A DNA stretch of 59,068 nucleotides from a virus (Duplodnaviria > Caudoviricetes), in the IMG/VR virus record IMGVR_UViG_3300021168_000032, positions 1 to 59,068 of that record, one strand, 5' to 3'. Every line of letters begins with the position of its first letter. The stretch's first letter is position 1. Below the pieces are notes generated by a model. The model was not told the origin of the DNA. It saw only the letters and a list, made by a program, of their open reading frames with translations, and searched no databases. Below, piece by piece: positions 1 to 9,942 of the stretch. The translations under genes were made by a program, and so were the position numbers.

Positions 1-119
<119 letters not shown>

Positions 120-320
120 AAACTCCTAGACTGCCTCCCCCCCTTGCCTCTTTCCCTTGCTTGCATATAGCCCTATCACATCATGCCCCACATGCATACC
201 TCATATCCCAAATTAGCATATCCCAACGCCCCAATTTGGCCACATTCCCATGCTAGGCTTACCTGTTCTGTGAAGCTTGCCCGAGCAAGTCGGGCAAGCT
301 TCAAAAGCAGAGAGTCCCCA

Positions 321-776
321 ATGATACAACTTCTCTTATCCGACTCCATCCAAATCACCGACGGCCCACATGGCCTCATAGTCCACTTCAACTCCCAATC
401 CTTCCCCCTAACCTCAGGCCGCGCGGAGTCCATCCTCACAAACCTACTCCTCCACATCCGCTGTGGCGTGTCCCACACCCGCATCTCCGAACACTTGCGC
501 GACCACCAATCCTCAACCGTCATAGGCACCCACTGCCCATGTTGCAAACTTGAGGGGAGGCTGCTTTACGCCCAAGGGCGTAAATCATCCTCGGAAGCGG
601 ATCGTCTCATCGCTGCTCGAGCACATACTGGTGGCAAAGTAGAAGTCCGCCACATCAAGCCCGGCCTCTCCGGCGCGCAACTAAAAGCCTACGAGTCCGC
701 CTACAACACCCGCACAACCCCCCACCCAACAAACATCGTCAAATCAGTCAACAAACGCATCGAGGACCTCATATGA
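321..776 (+). CDS. hypothetical protein (CPCC motif)
   Basis: ATG 321 after a hairpin and GAGAG; C-rich codon style of the + strand genes; ATGA overlap with next gene. Confidence 0.65.
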   Translation: MIQLLLSDSIQITDGPHGLIVHFNSQSFPLTSGRAESILTNLLLHIRCGVSHTRISEHLRDHQSSTVIGTHCPCCKLEGRLLYAQGRKSSSEADRLIAARAHTGGKVEVRHIKPGLSGAQLKAYESAYNTRTTPHPTNIVKSVNKRIEDLI

Positions 777-1015
777 GCACTGACAAAACCCTAGACATCA
801 TAGCTTCCCAAACCGAAGTAGCTGCCCTCGAGGCAGCCAAAGTCAAAACCTATTCCGGCCGAATGCTCGACATCACCGCACCCGAGATCGTCGAAGTACA
901 AATTCGATCTGACGGCTCAGTCCTCTGGGTTAATATAGACGGCATCTGCCGCCTCCGTGCATGCAACATCGGCAATATGCTCGTCAATGACGAGCGCACC
1001 GGCCAAGACGATTAA
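773..1015 (+). CDS. hypothetical phage protein
   Basis: GAGGA RBS, translational coupling to upstream gene. Confidence 0.7.
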   Translation: MSTDKTLDIIASQTEVAALEAAKVKTYSGRMLDITAPEIVEVQIRSDGSVLWVNIDGICRLRACNIGNMLVNDERTGQDD

Positions 1016-1032
1016 AGAAAGAGCCCAAATCA

Positions 1033-2235
1033 ATGGCCACCCTCAAACCCTGCCTCCGCTGCAAAGGCACCGGCAAACACAACTCCGGTTACACCTGCTA
1101 TCGCTGCAACGGCACCGGCCAAGAGCCCAGCCCAAAACCCCAGGCCTATTCCAGCAAATCAGCCGAAGAACTCCTTGGATTGGATGACGAGACAAGCTCG
1201 TCATCTAATGAAGGTGGACCATCCAATAGTGACCCCCAAACTGCCGACCTCCTAAAGCTCAAAGGGCGCCTCGACGCCGCAATCTCCCAAATCGGCAGCA
1301 ACCACGTCGTGGCCCTAACAGGCCTCGCCAAGCTCAAATCCGAAATAGCTTCGACGCTCTCATCCGAGCGTCTCGCACATGCAAATGCCATTTCATCCCT
1401 CGAAGAAAAAATCGACTCCCTCTCATCCTCAATGGATGAGGCCCTGAAACTTCTCGAACAGACCCGCGAAGTCAATATCACAGTCAACACCCCGGAAGGC
1501 TCATTCACAGTCCCTGACGGCCACAAACACCCGCAATTCCTCACCCTCCTCCGAGCCGCTTCATCTCGCCAAGCAGACGGCTATCACCCCAATTGCTGGA
1601 TAGCCGGTCCAGCCGGCTCAGGCAAAACCACAGGCGGCCGCCAACTCGCATCCGCCCTAAACCTTCCATTCTTCTTCAACGGTGCCGTCTCCATGGAGCA
1701 CAAGCTAATCGGCTTCCGCGACGCCACCGGCAACTACCACACCACCCCATTCCGCGAAGGCTACACAGTCCCCGCCGTCTACCAATTCGACGACGTGGAC
1801 TCAAGCGAGAACAGCGCCCTCCTCGCCCTCAACGCAGCCCTAGCCAACGGCGAATGCGATTTCGCCGACCGCCTCATGCCCCGCCACCCAGACAGCATCA
1901 TCCTCGCAACCGCCAACACCTGGGGTCTCGGCGCAACAGCCGACTACGTAGGCCGCGTCAAAATAGACGCAGCATTCCTCTCCCGCTTCCCCGTCAAAAT
2001 CTCATGGCCCTACGACGAACCCTTCGAACTCGCCATCGGCGGAAACCCCGCATGGACCAAGCGAGTCCAAGCTGCCCGAGCAGCCGCCAAGAAAGCAGGC
2101 CTCAAAGTCATAATTGACCCGCGCCACAGCATCGCCGGCTCAGCCCTAATCCAGTCCGGCTTCACCCCAGACCAAGCCGCCGAACTCACATACTTGGCCA
2201 ACATTCCAGCGGACAAACGGAACCTGATCAATTGA
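1033..2235 (+). CDS. MoxR/CobS-like AAA+ ATPase with N-terminal CxxCxGxG zinc finger and coiled coil
   Basis: Walker A GPAGSGKT, Walker B YQFDDVD, ATANTWG, YVGR..IDAAFLSRF; N-terminal CLRCKGTG/CYRCNGTG. Confidence 0.85.
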   Translation: MATLKPCLRCKGTGKHNSGYTCYRCNGTGQEPSPKPQAYSSKSAEELLGLDDETSSSSNEGGPSNSDPQTADLLKLKGRLDAAISQIGSNHVVALTGLAKLKSEIASTLSSERLAHANAISSLEEKIDSLSSSMDEALKLLEQTREVNITVNTPEGSFTVPDGHKHPQFLTLLRAASSRQADGYHPNCWIAGPAGSGKTTGGRQLASALNLPFFFNGAVSMEHKLIGFRDATGNYHTTPFREGYTVPAVYQFDDVDSSENSALLALNAALANGECDFADRLMPRHPDSIILATANTWGLGATADYVGRVKIDAAFLSRFPVKISWPYDEPFELAIGGNPAWTKRVQAARAAAKKAGLKVIIDPRHSIAGSALIQSGFTPDQAAELTYLANIPADKRNLIN

Positions 2236-2272
2236 CGGACAAGCCGTCAATTGATCAAAAACAGGAACTCCA

Positions 2273-3208
2273 ATGACCATCATCCGCCACACCCGGTCGC
2301 TATCTCCCGCCCTAAACGGGCGGGGGATATCGACAATCCCAAACCTGCCGGGCAAATTAGTCCACTATATCATCGCTCAAAGCCTTAGCGAACTCGGAGA
2401 GTTCGCTAAGTCTAGCAAGCTTCGCGGCTCTTCCTCCTCCGACTACTGGGACATGAAGCTTGGCCTAGAAAGTGCAATCTCCTATTGCTTCACCGGCGAC
2501 GAGTCCGGCGTGGAGCAAAGCGATGCCTTGCTCCACCGCATGGAGGAGCACATCCAAATGCCCTCCACCCGCGCTCTATGGACCGACGACATCTCAGGCG
2601 CATTCCCAAACATCCCCGCCTACATCGCCGGTCAGCCCCTCAACATGCGCACCCGGCAACGGGCGCAGACGGAGTCTGCGCCCCTTGCGATCATGGTAGA
2701 CCTGGGCATATCTGCAGCCATATCAGCACAACAAGTCCGCAACCGTGGCACCGCCATCCTCGCCCTAGTCCGTGCCCTCTCAGCGCACCGCCCCATCGAG
2801 CTATGGGCCATGGATTTCGGCAGCGCCGACGATGGAGCTGCATCAGCCTACGGCTTCGGCAGCTCCAGATCCAACTGCGTCTGCGTAGCAGCCAAGATCG
2901 AAACATCGCCCCTCGACCTCTCCACAGCCTGCTACGCCCTAACCCACCCAGCCTTTGTCCGCCAAGTCCTCTTCTCCCTCGAGGAGAAGTATCACGATTT
3001 CCGCGGCGGCTGGCCATTCCGCATCAACCGCGCCCTCTCCCGCCATGAAATGGAAGTCCTCTGCGCCCCCATGTGGCCACACGTCAGCGAAACCTTGGCC
3101 CTCCCAGGCCTCCACGCCGCCGACGAATCCATGACCGACCCGGAGTCCTGGCTCAAGCGCCAGCTAGCCGAGCACGACCCCCTAAAGCTTGAGGAGGTAG
3201 TTGATTGA
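2273..3208 (+). CDS. putative vWA/CobT-like partner of the AAA ATPase
   Basis: Directly follows MoxR-type ATPase; IMVDLGISAAIS resembles a degenerate MIDAS strand. Confidence 0.55.
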   Translation: MTIIRHTRSLSPALNGRGISTIPNLPGKLVHYIIAQSLSELGEFAKSSKLRGSSSSDYWDMKLGLESAISYCFTGDESGVEQSDALLHRMEEHIQMPSTRALWTDDISGAFPNIPAYIAGQPLNMRTRQRAQTESAPLAIMVDLGISAAISAQQVRNRGTAILALVRALSAHRPIELWAMDFGSADDGAASAYGFGSSRSNCVCVAAKIETSPLDLSTACYALTHPAFVRQVLFSLEEKYHDFRGGWPFRINRALSRHEMEVLCAPMWPHVSETLALPGLHAADESMTDPESWLKRQLAEHDPLKLEEVVD

Positions 3209-3248
3209 GCTTGCGCTCAATCAACTACCACAACCGGAGACCATTCCA

Positions 3249-3527
3249 ATGACCGAGCGCAACGAGTTCAGTGTCTATCAGTTCTTCAAAGATAACTCTT
3301 ACGAAAAGGTCCGCTCTTTCGTCTCAGCCGAGGAGGCCGTCACAGCCTTCAACCACTACACAACCAACGTGGCGTCCCGCATCGGCATCACAGCCCGCGT
3401 AATCGTCACAGACGGCGGCGACTCCATCGTCTTCGAGTGGAAATCCGGCCTCGGCATCACTTTCCGCCCCCGAGATGATCCAAGCAAGCTTGGATCATCT
3501 CAAGAGGAGTCCTCAAATGACCTTTGA
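3249..3527 (+). CDS. hypothetical phage protein
   Basis: GGAG RBS, ATG 3249. Confidence 0.7.
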   Translation: MTERNEFSVYQFFKDNSYEKVRSFVSAEEAVTAFNHYTTNVASRIGITARVIVTDGGDSIVFEWKSGLGITFRPRDDPSKLGSSQEESSNDL

Positions 3528-3972
3528 TCCATTCAAGCCCATCTTCACATTCGTCGCCGACGACGGCACAAACTACCACATAGACACTCACGCTCTCCGC
3601 GACTGGTGCGTGGGCCAGCTAAAGCTGGCCCAGCTCGAAGTCTTTTTAATCCCCCTCAAATACGACCTAGCAGCCACATTCATCCCCGAGAACGTCATTG
3701 CGCCAGCTCGCATTCGCGAGCTGTCGCAAAGACCAGTCGCTTCCCTAGACCCCATCATAATGGCCAAAGATGGCACTCTCACAAACAACGCGTCCAACGT
3801 CATGCTAGTGGACGGACACCACCGCTTCTTCCTCGCCTGCCTCCGTAAACAAACATTCATCGAAGGCCACCTCCTCGAACCATCCCAATGGAAACCATTC
3901 CAGCTTCACAACCTCCCCTCAATCACCAAGGAGCAGCTGCGCCGCAGCCCCCTCCTCAAAAGGAATTATTGA
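3517..3972 (+). CDS. ParB/Srx-like domain protein
   Basis: DPIIM...VMLVDGHHRF motif; GAGGAG RBS. Confidence 0.65.
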   Translation: MTFDPFKPIFTFVADDGTNYHIDTHALRDWCVGQLKLAQLEVFLIPLKYDLAATFIPENVIAPARIRELSQRPVASLDPIIMAKDGTLTNNASNVMLVDGHHRFFLACLRKQTFIEGHLLEPSQWKPFQLHNLPSITKEQLRRSPLLKRNY

Positions 3973-4011
3973 GTTTGGGCTTTAGCCCAAACTCAAGAAA
4001 GGAGTCCTTCA

Positions 4012-4266
4012 ATGGCCGGCGCAGCCCTATTCGGCTTCCTCACAGGCAGCGGACTATTCTTCGTAGCCCTCATCCTCCTAGCCCTCCAAACCCTCTATCT
4101 AGGGACCATAGAAGTCCTCGCCCGCATCCACTTCAACTACCGCCAGCGCCACCCGAGGATTGCGAGTGCGAGTGTTGCGCACAAAGTTCGCAACACTCGC
4201 ATCTTCTGGTCAACATGGGCCTCCTTTATGGCCTTCATCGCCATCTACCACTGGATTTGGGGCTGA
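4012..4266 (+). CDS. small membrane protein (2 TM)
   Basis: AAGGAG RBS; two hydrophobic segments. Confidence 0.7.
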   Translation: MAGAALFGFLTGSGLFFVALILLALQTLYLGTIEVLARIHFNYRQRHPRIASASVAHKVRNTRIFWSTWASFMAFIAIYHWIWG

Positions 4267-4293
4267 ACCAGAAACACCTAACAGGAGTCCTCA

Positions 4294-4656
4294 ATGCCCA
4301 TCTTTCAATCGCGCCTAATCGACCTCCTCTCCGCCGCCCTCGATTGGCAGCACGCCTTCAACGAAAAGTCCCGCCTCATGGAGCACCTCGCCCGCGAACA
4401 AGACAACAAACAACTCAGCGCCCTCGCGCGCTACAGTGCAAACGACTACCTCCTTGACCCCATCAAAACAAACACGACCATCGCCCTCGAAACCGAGCGC
4501 ATCAAACACACCAAACGCTACAACGAAGCGAGGCGAGCCAAAGCTCTTCTCACAAAAGCTGAAGGAGCAATCCCCAGCATCCAGTCCCCAGAAGACATAG
4601 AAGAGCTTCGCATCGCCCAGATCGAAGAAGACTACCGCAAATCCAGAGAAGAGTAG
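4294..4656 (+). CDS. hypothetical protein
   Basis: AGGAG RBS, helical charged protein. Confidence 0.7.
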   Translation: MPIFQSRLIDLLSAALDWQHAFNEKSRLMEHLAREQDNKQLSALARYSANDYLLDPIKTNTTIALETERIKHTKRYNEARRAKALLTKAEGAIPSIQSPEDIEELRIAQIEEDYRKSREE

Positions 4657-4745
4657 ACGCGCCTAACGGCGCGTCTACAAACCATTTCCAATACCGAAGA
4701 CAGTTGACATCCGGCTGTCTTCGCTCTTGGAAAAGGAAAAATCAA

Positions 4746-4976
4746 GTGAATGATGCACGTCGTAAAGAAATTGCTGAAGCCATCTCAAAAATCGAGGACG
4801 CCAAATCCATCCTCGAGTCAGCCTCCAATGACGAACGGGAAGAGTTCGAAGAACTCCCAGAGAAAGCCCAAGAGTCCACCAAGGGAACTAACATAGAAGC
4901 AACAGCCACAATCCTCGAAGAAACCGTCGATGACTGTGACAACCTAATCTCGAAGCTTAACGACGCGAAGGTATAA
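4746..4976 (+). CDS. acidic coiled-coil phage protein
   Basis: GTG start after AAGGA; MNDARRKEI...EREEFEELPE..QES.KG. Confidence 0.7.
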   Translation: MNDARRKEIAEAISKIEDAKSILESASNDEREEFEELPEKAQESTKGTNIEATATILEETVDDCDNLISKLNDAKV

Positions 4977-5068
4977 GGCATCGGCAGTGGGCCGTTAGGC
5001 CCACTGCCTCGCCTTAACCTTCAAAAGGGCAGGGCAGTGAGCTAAAGCTCACTGCAAGAGAAGGGCAG

Positions 5069-5359
5069 ATGAAAACATTTCCATTCGGTCGCCACAAAGA
5101 TGTCCCACTCTCCGAAGTCCCTATGGACTACCTAGAATGGTATCTCCGTACTACAAAGGCCCAAATAGCCGAGATCGAAGCCGAGCTAGAACGCAGAGAG
5201 CTAGCCGAGCTTGCAACCGGCACCTGGAAAGAAAAACTAATCAAAGCAGGCTACCGCACCCTCATGAAACAATACCACCCAGACTCCGGCGGCTCCACAT
5301 CCGACGCCCAGCAAGTCAACGCCGCCTTCGAGTGGCTTAAGAAACATGCAGCGAGCTAA
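5069..5359 (+). CDS. DUF3820-like N-terminus fused to a J-domain-like C-terminus
   Basis: FPFGRHKD..LSEVPMDYLEW; YRTLMKQYHPDSGGS...VNAAFEWL (HPD motif). Confidence 0.75.
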   Translation: MKTFPFGRHKDVPLSEVPMDYLEWYLRTTKAQIAEIEAELERRELAELATGTWKEKLIKAGYRTLMKQYHPDSGGSTSDAQQVNAAFEWLKKHAAS

Positions 5360-5405
5360 AGCTCGCTGCATATTTCTTAATCCAAAAACACTAAGGAGCC
5401 AATTA

Positions 5406-5636
5406 ATGGAAAACAACATAACCTACACAGCCACATCCCTATCCGACATAGCCGATCACTTCGAGATGTTTGCAAAACGCATCGAGGAGCGTCTTCGCCA
5501 TCCCGGTCGCATGACCCAGGTGCAAATAAAAATACACGTAGCTCAAATCCAGATATGGCGAGAAGCCTCCGAAACCCTTCGCCACACCACAATTCAGGCG
5601 AAGGCAGAGCCTTCGCCTGAAGGAGCAGCACAATGA
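5406..5636 (+). CDS. hypothetical protein
   Basis: TAAGGAG RBS. Confidence 0.6.
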   Translation: MENNITYTATSLSDIADHFEMFAKRIEERLRHPGRMTQVQIKIHVAQIQIWREASETLRHTTIQAKAEPSPEGAAQ

Positions 5637-5827
5637 CCTATCAGCGCCGTCGCTTCAAAAAAGAAAATGATAAGCCCGAGACGCCTCCGGCGTCCCGGAG
5701 ACGCCGCCTCCCATTCGGCGAGTGCCCCTCATGTGACCGCGACAGGGCTGAAGGCCCCTCACATGACCCATCGCCCCACTGCGAGTCCGGTTCTCATCCC
5801 CACTGCACTTGCGATACATGCTTCTAA
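5633..5827 (+). CDS. small Cys/His-rich protein
   Basis: CPSC..H....CESG..PHCTCDTCF; AAGGAG RBS. Confidence 0.65.
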   Translation: MTYQRRRFKKENDKPETPPASRRRRLPFGECPSCDRDRAEGPSHDPSPHCESGSHPHCTCDTCF

Positions 5828-5838
5828 AGGAGTCTATC

Positions 5839-6084
5839 ATGAATGATCGAGCCACAATCCAAGATCAGATCGACCAGACACGACGCCGGTCTATCAACAT
5901 CTTCACTGATTTAGACACATTAGAATTAGGCATAGCTCAAGAGCCAATGTCCTTCTCTCTAGACAGCATAAATCGGCTTAAAATTCTCGCAGCATCACTA
6001 GAAAGTCTCGCTATCTCTTGCGGGCATACTCTAGACAAACAGCGCATTCAAGCCCAATTCGAGGCGCGGAGAGCCAAGCGATGA
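5839..6084 (+). CDS. hypothetical protein
   Basis: AAGGAG RBS. Confidence 0.6.
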   Translation: MNDRATIQDQIDQTRRRSINIFTDLDTLELGIAQEPMSFSLDSINRLKILAASLESLAISCGHTLDKQRIQAQFEARRAKR

Positions 6085-6458
6085 AATCCATCATCGCAGC
6101 TCTAGGAATTGCGTTTGCACCTGCCGCAAACGCAAGTCCATGCCATCACTATGCCACATGGCACTACCCCTATCCTCAGCCCTCATGTGGGGGTCGGGCC
6201 GGGGTTGGGCAGAACCCAACCCCAGATAATGCCTCCAACTGGTACGTGGAGATTCAGCTCCCCACAGAAGCTGAATCTCAAGATCCAAGGAGCATTCCTT
6301 TCCCAGTCCTCTTAGCTCAGTCTAAAGATGAACTCAACATACTTCTCCTCTCACGGAAATGGAGCAAAACCCTCCAGAAGCCCTGGATTGACACTTGTGT
6401 TCGCACCTCAACTCCCGAACAATGCGAAACAGCCTGGGAAAAACTAAACAACAAGTGA
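6081..6458 (+). CDS. putative secreted protein
   Basis: Signal-like MKSIIAALGIAFAPAANA; four Cys; ATGA coupling. Confidence 0.6.
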   Translation: MKSIIAALGIAFAPAANASPCHHYATWHYPYPQPSCGGRAGVGQNPTPDNASNWYVEIQLPTEAESQDPRSIPFPVLLAQSKDELNILLLSRKWSKTLQKPWIDTCVRTSTPEQCETAWEKLNNK

Positions 6459-6489
6459 GGGAAGACAAGCCACTTGGAAAGGAAAGTAA

Positions 6490-6732
6490 ATGGCCAGCAC
6501 AACAACAACCACATTCCATCAAGTCTCTCGCATCGAGTTCGAGTACTTCCCCGACACCTCTGACCCAGCCTTCTCATTCCTCCGCCTCCTAATTTACAGT
6601 CCCGACTCCACTATCCGCGCCCATCAAATATCATTATTCTCTCACAATGCCGAGTCGGCCGACCACCTCCATAACATCTTCCTCGCCTCTCAGCTGATGC
6701 TTGATCCACCGACGGTGGATCGAGCATCATGA
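6490..6732 (+). CDS. hypothetical protein
   Basis: AAGGA RBS, in operon order. Confidence 0.55.
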   Translation: MASTTTTTFHQVSRIEFEYFPDTSDPAFSFLRLLIYSPDSTIRAHQISLFSHNAESADHLHNIFLASQLMLDPPTVDRAS

Positions 6733-7061
6733 AAGACCACCGCTCAGTCGGCATAAAGGCTGCAAGCCTCTACGCCTCCTACGAGTTCTACTTTGGCAAG
6801 CGTGGAGGACAAGCCTCCACGCTTGCAAACCAGGAAACCAAACCCATGCCTCGCTCTATCTCATTCCGCGCCTTCAGCAACGCACTCCGTATCCTTCGCG
6901 CTCTCGACTCCTACGAAGTCTCCTTCCTAACCGATGATCAATGGGAGAAGTTTCGCACTAACCCATACGACTTCTTCATGATAACCACTGACTACAATGC
7001 CGGCCTCATCTGGGAAGCCATCCAGCGCCGGCAGCCAGAGGAGCTAAAACAGAATGTCTAG
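6729..7061 (+). CDS. hypothetical protein (true start may be 6846)
   Basis: ATGA overlap; internal CAGGA..ATG. Confidence 0.55.
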   Translation: MKDHRSVGIKAASLYASYEFYFGKRGGQASTLANQETKPMPRSISFRAFSNALRILRALDSYEVSFLTDDQWEKFRTNPYDFFMITTDYNAGLIWEAIQRRQPEELKQNV

Positions 7062-7290
7062 AGAATATCACACCTGCCGCAAATGCCGCAGAACCAGCTA
7101 TGATCCATTATGGGACATGTACCAAACCGGCCCCCGCCACTGGGAGCATTTCAGCCACTTAACCATGTCAAAAATCCTCACCCTTCCACCCAGCACTCGT
7201 GAGCGTTTCGAAACATGGTGGGAGGCTGAAAAGATTGAGTGGCGGCAAGCTTGTCTTGCCGCCACTCAAGAAGGAGAGCCCAATGGCTGA
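7054..7290 (+). CDS. hypothetical protein (CxxC)
   Basis: Overlaps neighbours in operon order. Confidence 0.55.
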   Translation: MSREYHTCRKCRRTSYDPLWDMYQTGPRHWEHFSHLTMSKILTLPPSTRERFETWWEAEKIEWRQACLAATQEGEPNG

Positions 7291-7525
7291 CCACCCACTC
7301 CACGAGTGCGCTGCAACCGCCGCACCCCTCATCGAGTCCGGCGCAACCATCCACCAAAAATTCACCTGTTTGGCGTGCGGAGCACGTCAAACCATCGCCG
7401 AGGCCAACCAATTCTTCAGTCGCGGCAAATGTGAAGAGTGCGGTCACATAACAGACATCGCCGTCCAGGGCTGCAACTACATGGTGATTTGGGGCGAGGC
7501 CAAACCAATCGGAGGTATTCAATGA
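7283..7525 (+). CDS. zinc-ribbon protein
   Basis: CLACG...CEECG; AAGGAG RBS. Confidence 0.7.
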   Translation: MADHPLHECAATAAPLIESGATIHQKFTCLACGARQTIAEANQFFSRGKCEECGHITDIAVQGCNYMVIWGEAKPIGGIQ

Positions 7526-7758
7526 GCTACAAACCAGAAGTCCAAACCGACTCCTCGGGCAAATGGTACAGCAACGCCGCCCGCTTCGCCACCCTCGAAG
7601 AGGCCGACGCCTACAATCTCGACCTCGCATGGCGCTGGACTGCAGTCCGCGAAAGCCGCGTGATCGAAAGCGACGAACCAGTCAATTTCCGCTGGGATTG
7701 GATCTCACGCAAGGGCATCCTCCTTAGCGTGCCCTCACAATGTGAGGGCACGCTATGA
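7522..7758 (+). CDS. hypothetical phage protein
   Basis: GGAGGT RBS; WYSNAARFAT.EEA. Confidence 0.7.
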   Translation: MSYKPEVQTDSSGKWYSNAARFATLEEADAYNLDLAWRWTAVRESRVIESDEPVNFRWDWISRKGILLSVPSQCEGTL

Positions 7759-8057
7759 TGCTCTGGATACAAACTGATCCGCGAGTCGATCTCGGCTTCC
7801 TCCCCTCCTTCCTAAGCGACACCGACCCTCGTCCAGCCGCCAAGCAAATTGACTCCAATTACACCCACGGAGGTGGATGGCGTCCTCAGCCCGGCTTCGA
7901 GTCTCTCAAAGACTACACCTTAAAATACTCTGGCGACCCACCAATGAAGCCGCTCGCTATGACCAACCTACGCCACGAACTAATCTGCTTCTATCCCTAC
8001 AGCTACCTCGCCATCTTCCAACCCGACGGCAGCTTCGAAGTGTGCCGCGTCGATTAG
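7755..8057 (+). CDS. hypothetical phage protein
   Basis: Y.HGGGW.P, YSGDPP, QPDGSFEVCRVD; coupled to upstream gene. Confidence 0.75.
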   Translation: MMLWIQTDPRVDLGFLPSFLSDTDPRPAAKQIDSNYTHGGGWRPQPGFESLKDYTLKYSGDPPMKPLAMTNLRHELICFYPYSYLAIFQPDGSFEVCRVD

Positions 8058-8099
8058 GTTTGCAAGCTAAAGCTTGCAAACCTAAAAAAGGAGTATCCA

Positions 8100-8393
8100 A
8101 TGATGTCTGACATCGAAATGCGTGTCTCAGCACACGCCATCATCACGCTAGGACGAGGCCGCTCTCCAGAAGAAGACAGCGACGCCTACAGTTCGAAATG
8201 CGCTGACGCAGCCCGTTGCCTCGCAAATGCCAACCCCCAGAATATCGCCAGAGCGGTATTCAGCCTAAACAACAACCAAGAAAGCAACGGTCCCCTATTC
8301 ATCGCAGACGCCCTCAAAATACTGGCCAAAATAGCTCAGGCCAAGATTGGCACCGAACTACAGTCCATGCCCACCGAGGGAGGCATACAATGA
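8100..8393 (+). CDS. hypothetical protein
   Basis: AAGGAG RBS after hairpin. Confidence 0.65.
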   Translation: MMSDIEMRVSAHAIITLGRGRSPEEDSDAYSSKCADAARCLANANPQNIARAVFSLNNNQESNGPLFIADALKILAKIAQAKIGTELQSMPTEGGIQ

Positions 8394-8620
8394 TCGGCCC
8401 CGGCAAATACGACGCAGAGGCCACCCTAGTCATGGAGTCCGCCAAAGCCGCTGGCGTCATCATAATAGTCATCGATGGCGACAGAGGTGAGGGCTTCTCA
8501 ATCCAAGCCACCCTAGAAGTAACCCTTCTACTCCCAAAAATGCTGAGGATGATAGCAGATGATCTCGATCCTGCCGTCTCTGCTCTTTCATCCTCACAAC
8601 GTGAGGATGAAAGAGCATGA
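8390..8620 (+). CDS. hypothetical phage protein
   Basis: GGAGG RBS; GPGKYD...GEGFS. Confidence 0.7.
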   Translation: MIGPGKYDAEATLVMESAKAAGVIIIVIDGDRGEGFSIQATLEVTLLLPKMLRMIADDLDPAVSALSSSQREDERA

Positions 8621-8973
8621 ACTTCCACGATCCATCCCGCACTCGCCTAGGCAACTGGCGTCCCTGCTGGCTCAACTCAGTCATTGCCCTCCCACCCATC
8701 CAGCTGGAGCCGCACGAGACCGACCCATCCTTAATCCATCTAACCATCTGCCACGGTTCTCGTGGCATCTGGCTCGAGAAAGACATCCCCAAAACAGAAC
8801 TCCACAAAATCCTTCACTTTTGGGAAGTGGACCCCGAAGGCACCTTCATGCAGCTCTTCGGTCTAACCGACTGGCCCCACGAGCACGCACGTATCGCAGC
8901 CGCAATGCGACCAAAACCAAAAGCCATCGAACCGCAAGTCCGAGTCCCTATCCCAATCGAGGACTTGATATGA
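8617..8973 (+). CDS. hypothetical protein
   Basis: ATGA coupling at both ends. Confidence 0.6.
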   Translation: MNFHDPSRTRLGNWRPCWLNSVIALPPIQLEPHETDPSLIHLTICHGSRGIWLEKDIPKTELHKILHFWEVDPEGTFMQLFGLTDWPHEHARIAAAMRPKPKAIEPQVRVPIPIEDLI

Positions 8974-9176
8974 AAATATCGGAAAGACAGCGGAGAGATC
9001 GTGTCCTTTACAACGACCTCATCCAGCTATTTCCGCCTCCTCCACATCTAATCCAGCGCGAAATTCGTCTCTGGCTCTACGAGGAAGTGATCCAGGCTTC
9101 TCAAGAGAAGCCTGGATCAAGACTATATCTTTGGTTTCTGGAAAGAATGGAACGTCTCAACTGGGAGAAAGTATAA
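8970..9176 (+). CDS. hypothetical protein
   Basis: GAGGA RBS; TAATG overlap with next gene. Confidence 0.5.
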   Translation: MKISERQRRDRVLYNDLIQLFPPPPHLIQREIRLWLYEEVIQASQEKPGSRLYLWFLERMERLNWEKV

Positions 9177-9544
9177 TGCCTGGCTTCACCTACAAATCCT
9201 ACTCATTCCTCGAGAAAGATCCCATAATCGATGAGATCCGCACCGTCATTCAGGAGTGCGGCGTTTCGCACAAATGGATCGAAGAGAACTCAGGCGTCAC
9301 CGCCGTAACCCTCCGAGCCTGGTTCTACGGTGCAACCAAAAAACCCCAAGCGGCCACAATCAATGCAGTGGCCCGTTCCCTCGGCTACAAACTTGGCTTC
9401 GTCCCATTCGCAACCATCATTCATATGGACCCTCCCATGCCTCAGCCCGAGCCTGCACCTCACGCACGCGAGGTGCGACACGTAGTCCAGATGGCTAAGT
9501 TTCGAAGTAAAGCTTCGAAACTTAGGAAAGGAGCACGCCGATGA
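9176..9544 (+). CDS. XRE/Cro-like HTH DNA-binding protein
   Basis: SHKWIEENSGVTAVTLRAWFYGATKKPQAATINAVARSLG. Confidence 0.75.
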   Translation: MPGFTYKSYSFLEKDPIIDEIRTVIQECGVSHKWIEENSGVTAVTLRAWFYGATKKPQAATINAVARSLGYKLGFVPFATIIHMDPPMPQPEPAPHAREVRHVVQMAKFRSKASKLRKGARR

Positions 9545-9942
9545 CAAAATTCAAAGTTGCCTTCACTATGGACTCCAAAACCCTCTTCTTAATCATGTCC
9601 AAAATACTCCCCATCGAGGACTTAAAGGTCGAGGAGAAATTTGACCCTGCAGAACTTCAGGCAGCTCTTCATGCTCTCGCCCCAAAAGAGCAAAAAGTAC
9701 TTGCTCACAAACCAAAATATAGAAAAGGTAGGGCTTCAATCCCCTTCAGCCCAGACAAAGGAATAAACAAAATCCTCCTCACCCACCTAGCCCAGCGTCC
9801 TCATCGCGCTACCGAGTTACGCATCCATCTAAAAGAGGGCGGCTTTTCCCCCAACTCAGTCGGCTCCCGCCTACAAAAGCTGGCACACCGTGGCATGGTC
9901 AAACAGCACGGCGACGGCCTCTGGAGCTTAATCAATGGCTAA
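9541..9942 (+). CDS. putative winged-helix DNA-binding protein
   Basis: C-terminal ELR..L..GGFSPNSVGSRLQKL..RGMV...GDGLWSL. Confidence 0.6.
   Translation: MTKFKVAFTMDSKTLFLIMSKILPIEDLKVEEKFDPAELQAALHALAPKEQKVLAHKPKYRKGRASIPFSPDKGINKILLTHLAQRPHRATELRIHLKEGGFSPNSVGSRLQKLAHRGMVKQHGDGLWSLING

Noticed and set aside
759-8973. Shared C-terminal IEDLI in 321-776 and 8617-8973
   Set aside because: Explained by the GAGGA RBS plus ATGA stop/start overlap for the next gene
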